Positions 27,995 through 38,726 of a stretch of 64,000 nucleotides of DNA are shown one piece after another. A program made the translations under genes and the position numbers. The notes under the pieces are model-generated. The model was given only the letters and a program-made list of their open reading frames with translations. It was not told the DNA's origin and searched no databases. The stretch's first letter is position 1; every line of letters begins with the position of its first letter. Origin of the DNA: an uncultured virus (IMG/VR IMGVR_UViG_3300020469_003958) (lineage: Duplodnaviria > Heunggongvirae > Uroviricota > Caudoviricetes); IMG/VR virus record IMGVR_UViG_3300020469_003958; one strand, written 5' to 3'.

Positions 27995-28933
27995 CTATGT
28001 ATCAAAACGAACTATGAAGTTCACTGGATAATCGGGTAATGATTTAATTGGTTGAGGTAACTTTGCTACACCCACCATATTGTTATCATTATCATATAAA
28101 CCTATTGTTGTAATAAATGGTGCTAAATAAGAACCTGTTTGGTCAGTTGAACCACTTACTTCATAATCATCAAAACTTCCTACACTTACACCATCTATTG
28201 ATGATACGATAGGATGTGATTTTCCTTTTACATATTTAGAACCTGGTTGATAAAATGATTGAGAAACATATTCTTGGTCTATCAATCTACTACCTGGCTT
28301 TGTAATACTAATAGTATTTTTTACACCACCAACTTCATGCACTGCCGTTGGGTTTTGTGATACGTTAAATTCGTTTTCATTTACTGATAGGAATATTTCA
28401 TTTTCGTAAATAGTCATTGTAGACCTATATGAAATATCAAAAGTTGTTAAAGATGTATTATCAACAATACCATCAGTTAAAACTATTAACCCCCTATCGT
28501 AAAAAATATTTCCTTTTATATTAGATGCAGAATCTATTAGATTAGAATTACCATCATCTGTTAAATCAATTGTACCATATTCAACTTGTAATGAACCTAT
28601 CTTAACCCCCTCACCAAAATATTGTTGTGGAATTGAAAGTACTCCTATTGTATCACCAATAACTCTTTCATTAGTTGATGCATATGATTCTCTTTTCCCA
28701 ACCTCCGTTAAAATAGATGATGTAGCTGGGTTTAGGTAGAATTGTGCTTTTACCGAATCATATAAAGTTCTTTTAGAGATTCCATTTGAATTTTTTACAT
28801 CAGTATTCACATCATACAAGTCCGTTTGATTCGTACCATATAATGGTGTAATATCATCCTCATCCAAAGTCCATTCTTTATAAACTTTGAAAGGTCTTAC
28901 TACAATATCCGATTTTGGAATTTCTTTTAGCAT
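27995..28933 (-). CDS. Virion structural protein (baseplate/tail), paralog of 29014..30210
   Basis: DDG..GNIFYDRGLIVL; EFNVSQNPT; FITTIGLYD..VAKLPQPI. Confidence 0.65.
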   Translation of the reverse strand: MLKEIPKSDIVVRPFKVYKEWTLDEDDITPLYGTNQTDLYDVNTDVKNSNGISKRTLYDSVKAQFYLNPATSSILTEVGKRESYASTNERVIGDTIGVLSIPQQYFGEGVKIGSLQVEYGTIDLTDDGNSNLIDSASNIKGNIFYDRGLIVLTDGIVDNTSLTTFDISYRSTMTIYENEIFLSVNENEFNVSQNPTAVHEVGGVKNTISITKPGSRLIDQEYVSQSFYQPGSKYVKGKSHPIVSSIDGVSVGSFDDYEVSGSTDQTGSYLAPFITTIGLYDNDNNMVGVAKLPQPIKSLPDYPVNFIVRFDT

Positions 28934-28965
28934 ACAGAAATACTTTTATATAAATATTAAGAAAC

Positions 28966-28990
28966 AAAAAACCCCACATTTAGTGGGGTT
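28966..28990 (-). terminator. Rho-independent terminator
   Basis: AACCCCAC-TAAAT-GTGGGGTT followed by a T run. Confidence 0.8.
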
Positions 28991-29013
28991 CTTATAAATA
29001 TAAGTCTATTTGA

Positions 29014-30210
29014 TTAGAATGAAAGTTTAACTTTAATTAGAACTTCCTTATCAAATGATTTTTCAATAGGTTGTGAAGTTTTTGCTACTGCAATCAATTC
29101 ATTTGCATCGTTCAATAAACCAACCGTTGTAATATAAACTTTCGGGTCAGTTTCAAATGATGTTTCTGCAAACGTTCCGTTAGCATTTACATACGTTGGA
29201 TTGTTTGAGTAGTTAAATTCTCTATTCGTTGCTCTTACGAAGAAGTGTCTTGTAGATACATTTTCAGTTCTTCTTGCTTGGAAATCAGCACCTAAATCAA
29301 TTGAGTTATATAATAACTTATGATTTTCTTCCTCAACCGTTACTAATAGTGAACCTGATACATTACCTTGTCCATCAATATCTCCAACAGTTTCTCCAAT
29401 TGCATCTGGGTTAAGAACTATAATTCCTTTATCAGGGTAAAATAATCCAAATCCTTTATCATCCGATGAAGTTGTACTATTAATAATTGCTGCGCTTTCA
29501 GTACCTAAGTTAAGTGAACCACTTACTACTTTAAATACTCTACCAGCTTTTCCTAAAGTATCTCCAAACTTCTTACCACTATCATCAATGAATTGATACA
29601 ATCCTTTAGAACCTGATAGATTTAATGACCAGTTTCCTGGATCCATTTTTTCTCTATATCTAGCTCTATTGATGTTAACAGCGTAAATAGCATTTGAATC
29701 AGCTGCTATACCAGCTCCATTCTCAAAAGAGAACTTAGAATCAGTTGGGTCTAAAAGAACTGATTTGTACTGAGCGTAAGTTGCTTTTGAAGCAAGTAGT
29801 GCATCATCTGAGTTTTGTAATGATACCGAACCACTTCCGTTTACGTGTCCGTATGCTACACCAAACTGAACTTCTGCTGAAGTATCAGATGCTGGGTTAG
29901 CGTTATATACATTGTAGTAATAATCACCACTGGTAGCTGCTACCTGAGTTGATGAGGTGAATGCTGCAGTTAAAGAACCAGTATCACCAGTCCATAAACC
30001 AGTTGTTACTACTTCTACTTTTGCATTTACTTTATCAAATTCACCAAATCTTTTATAGATACCAGATGATACTCCGGTTGTTGATGAAATTTGTTGTCCT
30101 GCAGGAAGTGCTGAATTTAAAAGGGCTACAACATCACTACTGTCGATTGTTCCGCCACTAGCTAAATCTTGTAGTTGAGCGGTTATGTCTGCGTTATTTA
30201 TAATTGCCAT
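29014..30210 (-). CDS. Virion structural protein (baseplate/tail)
   Basis: GLFYPDKGIIVL; EFNYSNNPT; YITTVGLLND..VAKTSQPI. Confidence 0.65.
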   Translation of the reverse strand: MAIINNADITAQLQDLASGGTIDSSDVVALLNSALPAGQQISSTTGVSSGIYKRFGEFDKVNAKVEVVTTGLWTGDTGSLTAAFTSSTQVAATSGDYYYNVYNANPASDTSAEVQFGVAYGHVNGSGSVSLQNSDDALLASKATYAQYKSVLLDPTDSKFSFENGAGIAADSNAIYAVNINRARYREKMDPGNWSLNLSGSKGLYQFIDDSGKKFGDTLGKAGRVFKVVSGSLNLGTESAAIINSTTSSDDKGFGLFYPDKGIIVLNPDAIGETVGDIDGQGNVSGSLLVTVEEENHKLLYNSIDLGADFQARRTENVSTRHFFVRATNREFNYSNNPTYVNANGTFAETSFETDPKVYITTVGLLNDANELIAVAKTSQPIEKSFDKEVLIKVKLSF

Positions 30211-30225
30211 ATCTAATATCCTTTA

Positions 30226-30858
30226 TTAATTGTTGCTTCTATAAGTTACAGTTACAGGAATAGTTTGTGAACCACCTGTTTCATTTCCATATACCGTTAT
30301 TGTAGAAGAAACATTAGATGTTAACGCTGGATTAGGAGTAAATGTAAATGCTAAACCACTAACAACTTGTGCCGTAGTTGTGATTTCCTCTCCCAAGAAA
30401 ACAGGAACCGAACCGGCTGCTGTTGCTCCTTGCGTTACTGCTAATGTACCAGCTCTCTGGTCTGCTAATACAACAGTGTATCCAGCATTTGTATTTCCTT
30501 GCGGTGAAGTTGTTGGTGAGAGAGCAACTTGCCCCTCATCTTGAAAAACTCCTACACCTCCAGTAATACCCAATGCTACCACTGGAATCTGAGTTGTACC
30601 TTTTGGTAATGTAACTATCTTGTATCTTAATACTTGAGTTTCGTCTGGACTAGCTTCCAGAATTGGTATCGCCTTAATTGCCGAATCATAATACGCTGAA
30701 CCCTTTGGGTGCGCTGGTTCGTACAATGTATAATCAATCTCATCATCTCCTAATGCGAATTTGGAAATGCCGAGAGCTTGACCAGATGCCAACTTCTGTC
30801 TACCTTTTTTGGTTAGGATGGCATCGACTGTAATTGATGTATTGTCTAAATATCCCAT
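30226..30858 (-). CDS. Virion structural protein
   Basis: DAILTKKGRQKLA..ISKFALGDDEIDY resembles N-termini of baseplate-attached tail proteins. Confidence 0.6.
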   Translation of the reverse strand: MGYLDNTSITVDAILTKKGRQKLASGQALGISKFALGDDEIDYTLYEPAHPKGSAYYDSAIKAIPILEASPDETQVLRYKIVTLPKGTTQIPVVALGITGGVGVFQDEGQVALSPTTSPQGNTNAGYTVVLADQRAGTLAVTQGATAAGSVPVFLGEEITTTAQVVSGLAFTFTPNPALTSNVSSTITVYGNETGGSQTIPVTVTYRSNN

Positions 30859-30922
30859 AATTTGTTTTAATTTGCCCTTTTGTTTATTATGTACTAATAA
30901 ATATAACTATTTTAAAATTTAA

Positions 30923-33900
30923 TTAATCTACCTCTAAGATTGGTTCTCCACTTCCTCTACCAGTATCCGCAACTCTTAAAATGTTTGGATTAGTAGTAAA
31001 TATTTCAACAGGTGATAACCCATCTGGGGTTGTATCAGCTGATTGTTTTGAACCTTCAAAGAATGAATTCTTCAATCCTTGTGATAAATTATTTTTGAAT
31101 CTATAATGGGTTGGGAAATATCCATTTAATGGAATAACTTCAGTTATTTCATTCCCAACCGATGGTGGTGTTGAACCAATCGGAAGTATAGTAACTTTAC
31201 TTCTTGTTCTAATTACATCTTGCAATTCATATTCAACTTGTTCGTTATTTGAAGTTGCAGGGTATCCTTTGGTTTGAACACTAATTTTTTCTATGTACTC
31301 TTCTTTAGTTTTAAATATTAACTTTCTGGATGAAGTTACATTTCCTCTATAATCAATTGTATTTAATGAACCAGTTCCAGCTATTGGTGCGTATAATCCA
31401 AATCCAGCATTTGATAATGAATTCGGGTCCATACCAACCTGTTGGAATGAATCACCCTCTACTAATGCTTCTAGTTTAGAACCATCAGGTACAATTATTT
31501 CACTAAGATACGTTGGATAGTTTCCAACTAAGTTTGTATCCTCATCTACATCTATTGATGAATCATATTGTGGGTTGGTAGATGTTAATACTATTTCTTC
31601 CTCTTCATTAATAATTGCATCGTAGTTATCATATTGATGTGAAAGGTTTGCATCCTTTTCTACATCCAATGTTACACTAAATTGATTATTATCTCCAACT
31701 AAGTTTGTAGTTTCATCTACATCTATTGTAATATCTATACCTCGATTTACTGATTTTGGTTGTTTCCACTTAGTTTTACTTCTTTCTAAATAATGTGGTT
31801 CAATTAATAAACCTTTAGAAACCTTTGCTCTAGCAGGAACTAAATCTTCTAATACATCGAATAAAGATTTATCAATGTATCTGATTAATCTGATATATTC
31901 GTAGATATCTCTATTTAATCTTTGGAAGTAATAATCTCTTACATCTTTTAATTCAGTATATTCATCTTTGTATTCATCAGCAGGTGCTCCAATATAATTA
32001 TCTATATTAAAGTTACCAAGTGATTTGATAATATCCATATTCAACTCTTTAATTGGTGAGAAGAATAATCCTAATCTAGATGAATCAATTGGTGCTCTAT
32101 CTAATGATTTTTTAGTTGCCCTTACTTTGTATGATAAATCACTAACTAATGTTTGAGATTCAAATCTAATTTTATCAGCTTGATTAAATCCTAATGAAGG
32201 AACCTGAGCCGTTACACTTCTTTCATATACCTCATAATTATAAGGATATGTGGATTGATTACTGAATCCAAATAGGGATGCCGATGGTAAATCATATTCA
32301 CTACTAATAGCAACATTTAATATAGAAGAATCTACAAATCTATTCTTTGGATATTCAAAGTCAAATCTAACTAACATATCTTCAGATGAAGCAGTATAGT
32401 TATTTCCTACGATTGAATCAGGCTGTTTTGTATGAGTTGTAATAATATTATCATCCAATGAATCTTTCCAAATTCTAAACTCATCTAAACTAATATAAGA
32501 TGAACTACCAACTAATAAAGTATCAAACGAATCCCATTGTAGTGATTCACTAATTATTGATGATGTATAATCATTTATTATTAATCTATTGTTTAAAGAT
32601 TCTTTTACATACAAACCTAAAGATGCTGATGAGTTTGTATCCAATTCATTAGTTAATGCTATTGTTTTATAATTTTCATCAAATAATTTTATTTCGGATG
32701 ATTCGATTTCATAGGTATTTGAACTTGATGATACAAATACTTTAATTTTACCAAATGAACCTGTTGTTTGTGTTGCTTCTAATTCAAAGAACGTAGTTAC
32801 ACCATCCCAACCTTTAACTAAATGTTGATTTCCAGTTGAATTGAATTTAACATTCATTTCAATAGTTTCTAAAGAATCAGATATTTCAGTTTCTTTCCAT
32901 GGAAGTGTAATGTATTGGCCTCCTTCAAATTTTAAAGCAGATGTTCTATCTTCAAAGGTAAATGGTTGTGTACCCCCATCAGTTGGGTCAGTTGGTCCTC
33001 CAAACTCCATAATTGTAAGGAGTGATTGTGGAACACCATAACAAGCCATTACTGCCTTTAGTGAACGAGAAGTACCTTTATGTTTTAGTAAATAAGGTAA
33101 GTTATTAAGTATCCTTCTCCAAATTTCTTCGTTTGCAGATTTAAGTGATTGTTGATATTTTTGAGTACCATCTTTATGTTGTCCTAATGCGTATTCCCAA
33201 AGGAACTGAGAATCATAAGCTTTTTTACCATCCCATCCTAAAGATTCTAACATCGTAGAAACTAATTCATTTGAAAAACCTTTATTTGATTTATGTTTTG
33301 GATTTCTTAATTCATTCAATGTATTTATGTATGCCCAAATAACATCGAAATGATGTCCTAACATATCCATAAACAACATAAAGTCCTCATTCTGATAATC
33401 TTCCGTAATAAATTCTGGTAGATTATTATTCATATAATCAACATTGTTTCTATCAAATATTGCTCCAGCATTTACAGCTCCATTATACCAAGAAATAGCA
33501 GTTGAATCAGTTGTTGCTACGATTGAATTACCAACTTTTGGATATGCTAAATCATCGGTTGATGTATATAAGAAGTTTTCAAATCCATCAAATGAGCCAA
33601 TTAAATTGTTAATGTTGTTTAATTGTTTGTTAGCTTGAATAGTGGTTATAGCAGTTACAACAGTTCCATCTAATTGTATATTATCATCATCTTCAGATAT
33701 GATAACATAACCATCTTGCCCAGCACCTTCTGCTAAAACATATCCTAATTCAATATCAGTAGTTGTAAGTTCGGTATATTTAGATTGATACGATTCTAAT
33801 AGTTCTATCTTATACCAAAAGTTTTTAATTCTTTCTTCAGCTGAACCAAAGTGTATATAGTTTTGGAAAGTGTAATCAGAACCTGTTACATACTCTATGT

Positions 33901-35071
33901 TTAATTTTTCAGTATTGATACCATTTTGATTTGCATACTTTCTAATTAAATCAGTATTGGTAGCTGAACCACTAGCTAATAAATCTTCATACATTTGGTA
34001 ACCAATACCAGTATCAACCTCTAAAGAGAAGTTAGGTCCTTGTAATGGTGGGCAATATTTTTCATCACCACCAAATATGTTTATCGTATCAATAATTGGT
34101 TTAGATTGAATTTTCGTAATCCAAACCTTTTGATTTGTTGTTACACTGGTAGGTAATGGTTCATATAGTTTTAAAATTAAACTATCTTCACTACCTAACC
34201 AAGTTGTAATTACTTTGTTATCACCATCACCTAAATGTAATAAGTGAGTTAAAAAATTTGATTCATCAAATTCACAATTTGAAAACTGAGATATAAACCC
34301 TTCTGCAAATCTATTGATTGCTACTTGTCTTGGTATATTTAAATCACCTTTATCAAATAAGATAGGTATATTTTCAGTTAATCCCTCAACAACTTTTTGG
34401 CCTTCTGTGTTTACTGGAATTAATTTTAGTGGTATTTTTACTTTATCACCTTCATCAAATACTTCAACATTATATCTCTCAATTAAATCTTTTACATTGA
34501 ATGATTGTGTTCCTCTTACTGATAATTGTACAAAATCAGTAGAATTACCTACAAATAGTTTTACATAATTTGCATGTATTGAATCCCAACCAATATTGAA
34601 ATCAACATCATATCCTATAAAATCAGCACCTCTAACTACTTTAGGATATTCTATACTTCTAATATCAGGTGTTGTTACTGATACCTCATCAACAACATTA
34701 ATTACTAAATCAATAGCTCTATCTAATACATTTACAGTTTCCGAATCTTGTGCTCCTTCATTTAATTTTGTTACAATATCTTTTTGTTCCTCATTAACTT
34801 TAGCTTTATCAGATACGGATTCTTTTGGTAAATTAGATTTTAAACCTAATTCATTTACTGATACCTTTGGTTTGGTTTCATTGTTAATTGGTTTAGTAAT
34901 ATCAAACTTTGGCTGAACTCTACCTTTTTCTTTTTTTAGATTTTTTAATCCACGTCTAGCAAACGCATTTAAAGGACTTGCGTTTCTATTACGATTACGA
35001 TTATCCGCACGTCTTTTTAGGTTAGCTCTTAACCTAGCAAATATACCTCTTCTTTTTCTTCTTTCAGCCAT
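30923..35071 (-). CDS. Large baseplate wedge-like protein with LamG-like domain
   Basis: NLPEFI..F..MLGHHFD..LPYLLKHKGT..L..YG (gpI/gp7-like); LDEFRIW (LamG-like). Confidence 0.65.
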   Translation of the reverse strand: MAERRKRRGIFARLRANLKRRADNRNRNRNASPLNAFARRGLKNLKKEKGRVQPKFDITKPINNETKPKVSVNELGLKSNLPKESVSDKAKVNEEQKDIVTKLNEGAQDSETVNVLDRAIDLVINVVDEVSVTTPDIRSIEYPKVVRGADFIGYDVDFNIGWDSIHANYVKLFVGNSTDFVQLSVRGTQSFNVKDLIERYNVEVFDEGDKVKIPLKLIPVNTEGQKVVEGLTENIPILFDKGDLNIPRQVAINRFAEGFISQFSNCEFDESNFLTHLLHLGDGDNKVITTWLGSEDSLILKLYEPLPTSVTTNQKVWITKIQSKPIIDTINIFGGDEKYCPPLQGPNFSLEVDTGIGYQMYEDLLASGSATNTDLIRKYANQNGINTEKLNIEYVTGSDYTFQNYIHFGSAEERIKNFWYKIELLESYQSKYTELTTTDIELGYVLAEGAGQDGYVIISEDDDNIQLDGTVVTAITTIQANKQLNNINNLIGSFDGFENFLYTSTDDLAYPKVGNSIVATTDSTAISWYNGAVNAGAIFDRNNVDYMNNNLPEFITEDYQNEDFMLFMDMLGHHFDVIWAYINTLNELRNPKHKSNKGFSNELVSTMLESLGWDGKKAYDSQFLWEYALGQHKDGTQKYQQSLKSANEEIWRRILNNLPYLLKHKGTSRSLKAVMACYGVPQSLLTIMEFGGPTDPTDGGTQPFTFEDRTSALKFEGGQYITLPWKETEISDSLETIEMNVKFNSTGNQHLVKGWDGVTTFFELEATQTTGSFGKIKVFVSSSSNTYEIESSEIKLFDENYKTIALTNELDTNSSASLGLYVKESLNNRLIINDYTSSIISESLQWDSFDTLLVGSSSYISLDEFRIWKDSLDDNIITTHTKQPDSIVGNNYTASSEDMLVRFDFEYPKNRFVDSSILNVAISSEYDLPSASLFGFSNQSTYPYNYEVYERSVTAQVPSLGFNQADKIRFESQTLVSDLSYKVRATKKSLDRAPIDSSRLGLFFSPIKELNMDIIKSLGNFNIDNYIGAPADEYKDEYTELKDVRDYYFQRLNRDIYEYIRLIRYIDKSLFDVLEDLVPARAKVSKGLLIEPHYLERSKTKWKQPKSVNRGIDITIDVDETTNLVGDNNQFSVTLDVEKDANLSHQYDNYDAIINEEEEIVLTSTNPQYDSSIDVDEDTNLVGNYPTYLSEIIVPDGSKLEALVEGDSFQQVGMDPNSLSNAGFGLYAPIAGTGSLNTIDYRGNVTSSRKLIFKTKEEYIEKISVQTKGYPATSNNEQVEYELQDVIRTRSKVTILPIGSTPPSVGNEITEVIPLNGYFPTHYRFKNNLSQGLKNSFFEGSKQSADTTPDGLSPVEIFTTNPNILRVADTGRGSGEPILEVD

Positions 35072-35074
35072 TTA

Positions 35075-36448
35075 TTAAAGGTAATTTAAGTTTCTATTAG
35101 GTCTGCCTGGTTCTTCACCAGCGTTTGGTCCACCAAATCTATCGATGTAATCAAATGAATCATCAGAAATAATTTCTTCTCGGCCTCCACCGCCTCCTCC
35201 TCCACCACGTGGTGGGTTATATGGATTCTTTACAGGTTTTGGTTTATCAACTGGTTTTTCTGTTTCGATACCCTCAAATTTTGGTTTAACTTCTTTTGGT
35301 TTTATTGTAATAGGTTCTTCCGCTTCTCTAACTTGATTTTCATAATCATTAAATGAGAATGGGAATAATTTTATATTATATTGTCCTATCTTACTAAATA
35401 CTTTGTGTGGTATTGTTATACCAATGATATCCGAATCATCTAATTCATCAAACTCTAAGATATCATCACCAACGATGATTGTTATAGCTTGTACATCTTT
35501 ATTCTTTTGTATAAGTAATGGAACACCAGATTTTTCATTTATGTTATATTTTCTTGGGTCAGTTTTTACTAAAGATATTTGTGGGTCTAAGTCAGCATCA
35601 GGTACAGGAATTTGTTGTATTGTAATTGATACTTCATAATCAGTATTTAAAGTTATAGTTGTTTCTAATGTTTCATTAGCATCTGCTTCTAACACCGTTG
35701 GAGTATTACCATCCTTACTTATTGTCATACCACTAATTCTATATAGAGTGGTATCTGATGACCTTATTAGATATTTTGTATTATCTAAATCTTCATATAC
35801 AGATTGTCCTGTTTTTGGAAAAAATTCTGCTGAAGTTTTTGAATTCTTAACAACACTAACAGGCGCCCCTTCTACTTCCCCTATATTGAATTTAATTGTA
35901 AATAAAGAAGTTCCTACTGAAACTTCACCCTTTGTTAAGTTAAATGTTAAAGTTTTTGATGTTATATTTCTAATAGATACTGGAAGTTGTTCTTCACCAT
36001 TTACGAATTTTTTAAGTACAATATCTTTAGTAGATATTCCTAATGGTGTATCACTAACATTTTTATTTTTTATAAGTGGTAAATCATCATCAACCATTGT
36101 AACTACATAATACTCATCACACTTATATCCTTTCTTAGCTATTTTTATAAGTTTATCTTCGGTTGCTAATGATTCTCTTGATATCCTAACACTTTGATTT
36201 GTAGGAACAGGAACATTATTTACCGAAGTTGTAAATCCAGTTTCGTTTGATGTTATTGTAAAAACAAAAGTATTAGTTGTTGTTGGAGTTACTACACTTC
36301 CACCAGAGGATGAACCACCTCCAGTTCCACCAGCATCGATAAAAACATCACCACTTTCTGGTCCACCAGGTCCACCACCTAAATTCTCATTTTGGTTTTG
36401 GTTATTGTACCCCCCTTGCTCATCAAATCCTTTTATTTTTACTGGCAT
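35075..36448 (-). CDS. Hypothetical structural protein
   Basis: Within tail/baseplate operon; beta-rich core, Gly-rich termini. Confidence 0.6.
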   Translation of the reverse strand: MPVKIKGFDEQGGYNNQNQNENLGGGPGGPESGDVFIDAGGTGGGSSSGGSVVTPTTTNTFVFTITSNETGFTTSVNNVPVPTNQSVRISRESLATEDKLIKIAKKGYKCDEYYVVTMVDDDLPLIKNKNVSDTPLGISTKDIVLKKFVNGEEQLPVSIRNITSKTLTFNLTKGEVSVGTSLFTIKFNIGEVEGAPVSVVKNSKTSAEFFPKTGQSVYEDLDNTKYLIRSSDTTLYRISGMTISKDGNTPTVLEADANETLETTITLNTDYEVSITIQQIPVPDADLDPQISLVKTDPRKYNINEKSGVPLLIQKNKDVQAITIIVGDDILEFDELDDSDIIGITIPHKVFSKIGQYNIKLFPFSFNDYENQVREAEEPITIKPKEVKPKFEGIETEKPVDKPKPVKNPYNPPRGGGGGGGGREEIISDDSFDYIDRFGGPNAGEEPGRPNRNLNYL

Positions 36449-36450
36449 TG

Positions 36451-37647
36451 TTATAGTGTTTTTGGTTTTTGATTAAAATAATCATCTAATCCATCTAATG
36501 GTAATCTTGAAATATCTTTATTTCTAAACATATCTATAAATCTATCTTTATTAAAACTCTTAATTGGATTTGGTAATTTAAAATCAGGAATAGGAAGTTC
36601 TATTGGAACTTCTTTTTTAATTGCTATATCTAATTTCTTTTTCTCTTCTTCAACTTTTGGTTTTTCCTTTTTTACAGTTACTTCAGGAACTTTAGCTCTA
36701 ATTATAACATCCGATTCTCTACTTTGAATTACTGTATTTACTTTATCTACACTAGCATCAAACTCTTTATCAACTTCAGTTTCAGTTTGAATAGTTCTTT
36801 TAGGAAGATAAATTTCAACCAACTCTATAATGATTTTCTGAGATACTTTATAAACATCTTCTTTTGAAAATGCTAAAGATGGTTTAGTCTTTTTTGGTTT
36901 ACCATAGTTTACACTTGTTACAGATGATTCCCTATTTGCAAATTCATTGTAAACTGCTTTTGTAAATTCGTTATATATTTTGGTTACTAATGTTTCAAAT
37001 CCACCTATACCAAATTCCGATACAAAATTATTGTACCACTTTTCACTATATGTTTTTTTAATAAAAAAACTAACCTCTTCGGGTTTTACTGTTTCTACAA
37101 AATTAGCAACATATGGAACAACATCATCTCTAAAATTTGAACCCCTTTTAAATAAATCATATCTTTGTAATAAATCAGTTTTTTTCGATACTTCATTTCT
37201 AATTGGTAATAATCTTATTTCAGTTCTTGATGGTGATATTTCTTGAATCCATAATTTTTCATTTGGATTATCATACCCAACTCTTTTATTAAGAAGAGTA
37301 ATTTCAGTTTTAAAAATACCATTGTTATACCCAGCTTCTCTAATCAATCTTTCCGCATCTATAAAATACTCATTTGGAAATTGAAACGCTTGAAGTTTAG
37401 TACCATCTGCTATTAAAAAATAATCTTTTATATTTTGTGAATTTAATGGTACATATCTAACTAACTTACCATCATCACCTTGAGGTAGTTGATTTTCATT
37501 AGCATCATAAACAATAAATTCAATCATATCAGAATCAGAGAATCCGAAAAATGATTGCAGGTTTCCTTCTTCGAAAATCTCTCTATCTTTAGTAGAGATT
37601 CGATACCCTTTGTTATCTATTATTTCTTTAAATGTTTTAATTGCCAT
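36451..37647 (-). CDS. Hypothetical structural protein
   Basis: Operon context; IQEISPSRTEIRL. Confidence 0.6.
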   Translation of the reverse strand: MAIKTFKEIIDNKGYRISTKDREIFEEGNLQSFFGFSDSDMIEFIVYDANENQLPQGDDGKLVRYVPLNSQNIKDYFLIADGTKLQAFQFPNEYFIDAERLIREAGYNNGIFKTEITLLNKRVGYDNPNEKLWIQEISPSRTEIRLLPIRNEVSKKTDLLQRYDLFKRGSNFRDDVVPYVANFVETVKPEEVSFFIKKTYSEKWYNNFVSEFGIGGFETLVTKIYNEFTKAVYNEFANRESSVTSVNYGKPKKTKPSLAFSKEDVYKVSQKIIIELVEIYLPKRTIQTETEVDKEFDASVDKVNTVIQSRESDVIIRAKVPEVTVKKEKPKVEEEKKKLDIAIKKEVPIELPIPDFKLPNPIKSFNKDRFIDMFRNKDISRLPLDGLDDYFNQKPKTL

Positions 37648-37649
37648 TA

Positions 37650-38723
37650 TTAACCTTTTCTATTTTTTCTTAAATCGGTAGTAAGTTTTACTTCATCAGT
37701 TGAACCATCAGCAAACGTAACTTTAACTTTTAGTGCCAAGTCAGTATAGTTTCTAGCTTTTCCTTTCCAACCAATTCTTCTTCGTCTTGGTTGAATACCA
37801 CCACGTTTTCCTGCTTCTGTTCCACTTCCTCCAATTTTCCTTTGGTTATATTCACATTGATATGTTTCAGAAGTTTCAGGTTCAATTGAAGTTGCTCCTG
37901 ATTTAACTGTGAACCATGCTGGTTTACCTTCAAATACAAATGCAATATCAGTTATTTTATTATCAGTAGTAACATTACTTACTTCTATTGTATTTGTCAT
38001 TTTTCTATTACCACCTTGATTATGACTTGTTTTAGCCCATAAGTTTGCAGATTGTTGTCCAGCATCCCCATCTCCATTATTTACTTTAACAGTAAATCCA
38101 TTATCACCTCCACTAATAGCACCTTCACCAGTTTTAGCAGATAATCCAAATAATTGTTCTCTTAATGATTCATTCTCTTGCAACAATGCTTCAACTCTAG
38201 CAGTTAATGATACTCTTTGAATTGCTTCATTAATTGAGTTCTGAATTGCGTTTTGTAAATCAATTGTTGTTTCACCGATTTGTACATTTGCTATATCAGC
38301 TTGTTCTCTAGCTATATCAGCTTTTAACTTTTCATTATCAACTTCAATTTTTAGTACGTCTACTACACTTTCTAATTCAGCTATAATACTATTTAAATCA
38401 CCTATTGTAAGATTAGCTTGTTCTAATTGTTTTGTTAAATCATCAATTCTAGCTAATGCCTCATTATACGTTGAACGAAGAACTGTATCAGGTAAATCAG
38501 GTGCTAAATTTGGTAGAAGTTCAAATATATCAGTATCAATTGATTTCTTTAACTCTTTTGTATTGTATTTAGGTCTTATTAATTTACCACTAATAATACC
38601 ATCAGTTAAATCGGATTCTTGAAAAAGACGTATCCCACTTTGGTTAGGTGCTTGTATAGCATCTGAACCACTTACAAAGATTTTTGCAACTTGTGCTTCG
38701 TTTTTTAATCCGCTGTTTTTCAT
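37650..38723 (-). CDS. Coiled-coil structural protein
   Basis: Long heptad region followed by a beta domain. Confidence 0.6.
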   Translation of the reverse strand: MKNSGLKNEAQVAKIFVSGSDAIQAPNQSGIRLFQESDLTDGIISGKLIRPKYNTKELKKSIDTDIFELLPNLAPDLPDTVLRSTYNEALARIDDLTKQLEQANLTIGDLNSIIAELESVVDVLKIEVDNEKLKADIAREQADIANVQIGETTIDLQNAIQNSINEAIQRVSLTARVEALLQENESLREQLFGLSAKTGEGAISGGDNGFTVKVNNGDGDAGQQSANLWAKTSHNQGGNRKMTNTIEVSNVTTDNKITDIAFVFEGKPAWFTVKSGATSIEPETSETYQCEYNQRKIGGSGTEAGKRGGIQPRRRRIGWKGKARNYTDLALKVKVTFADGSTDEVKLTTDLRKNRKG

Positions 38724-38726
38724 TAT

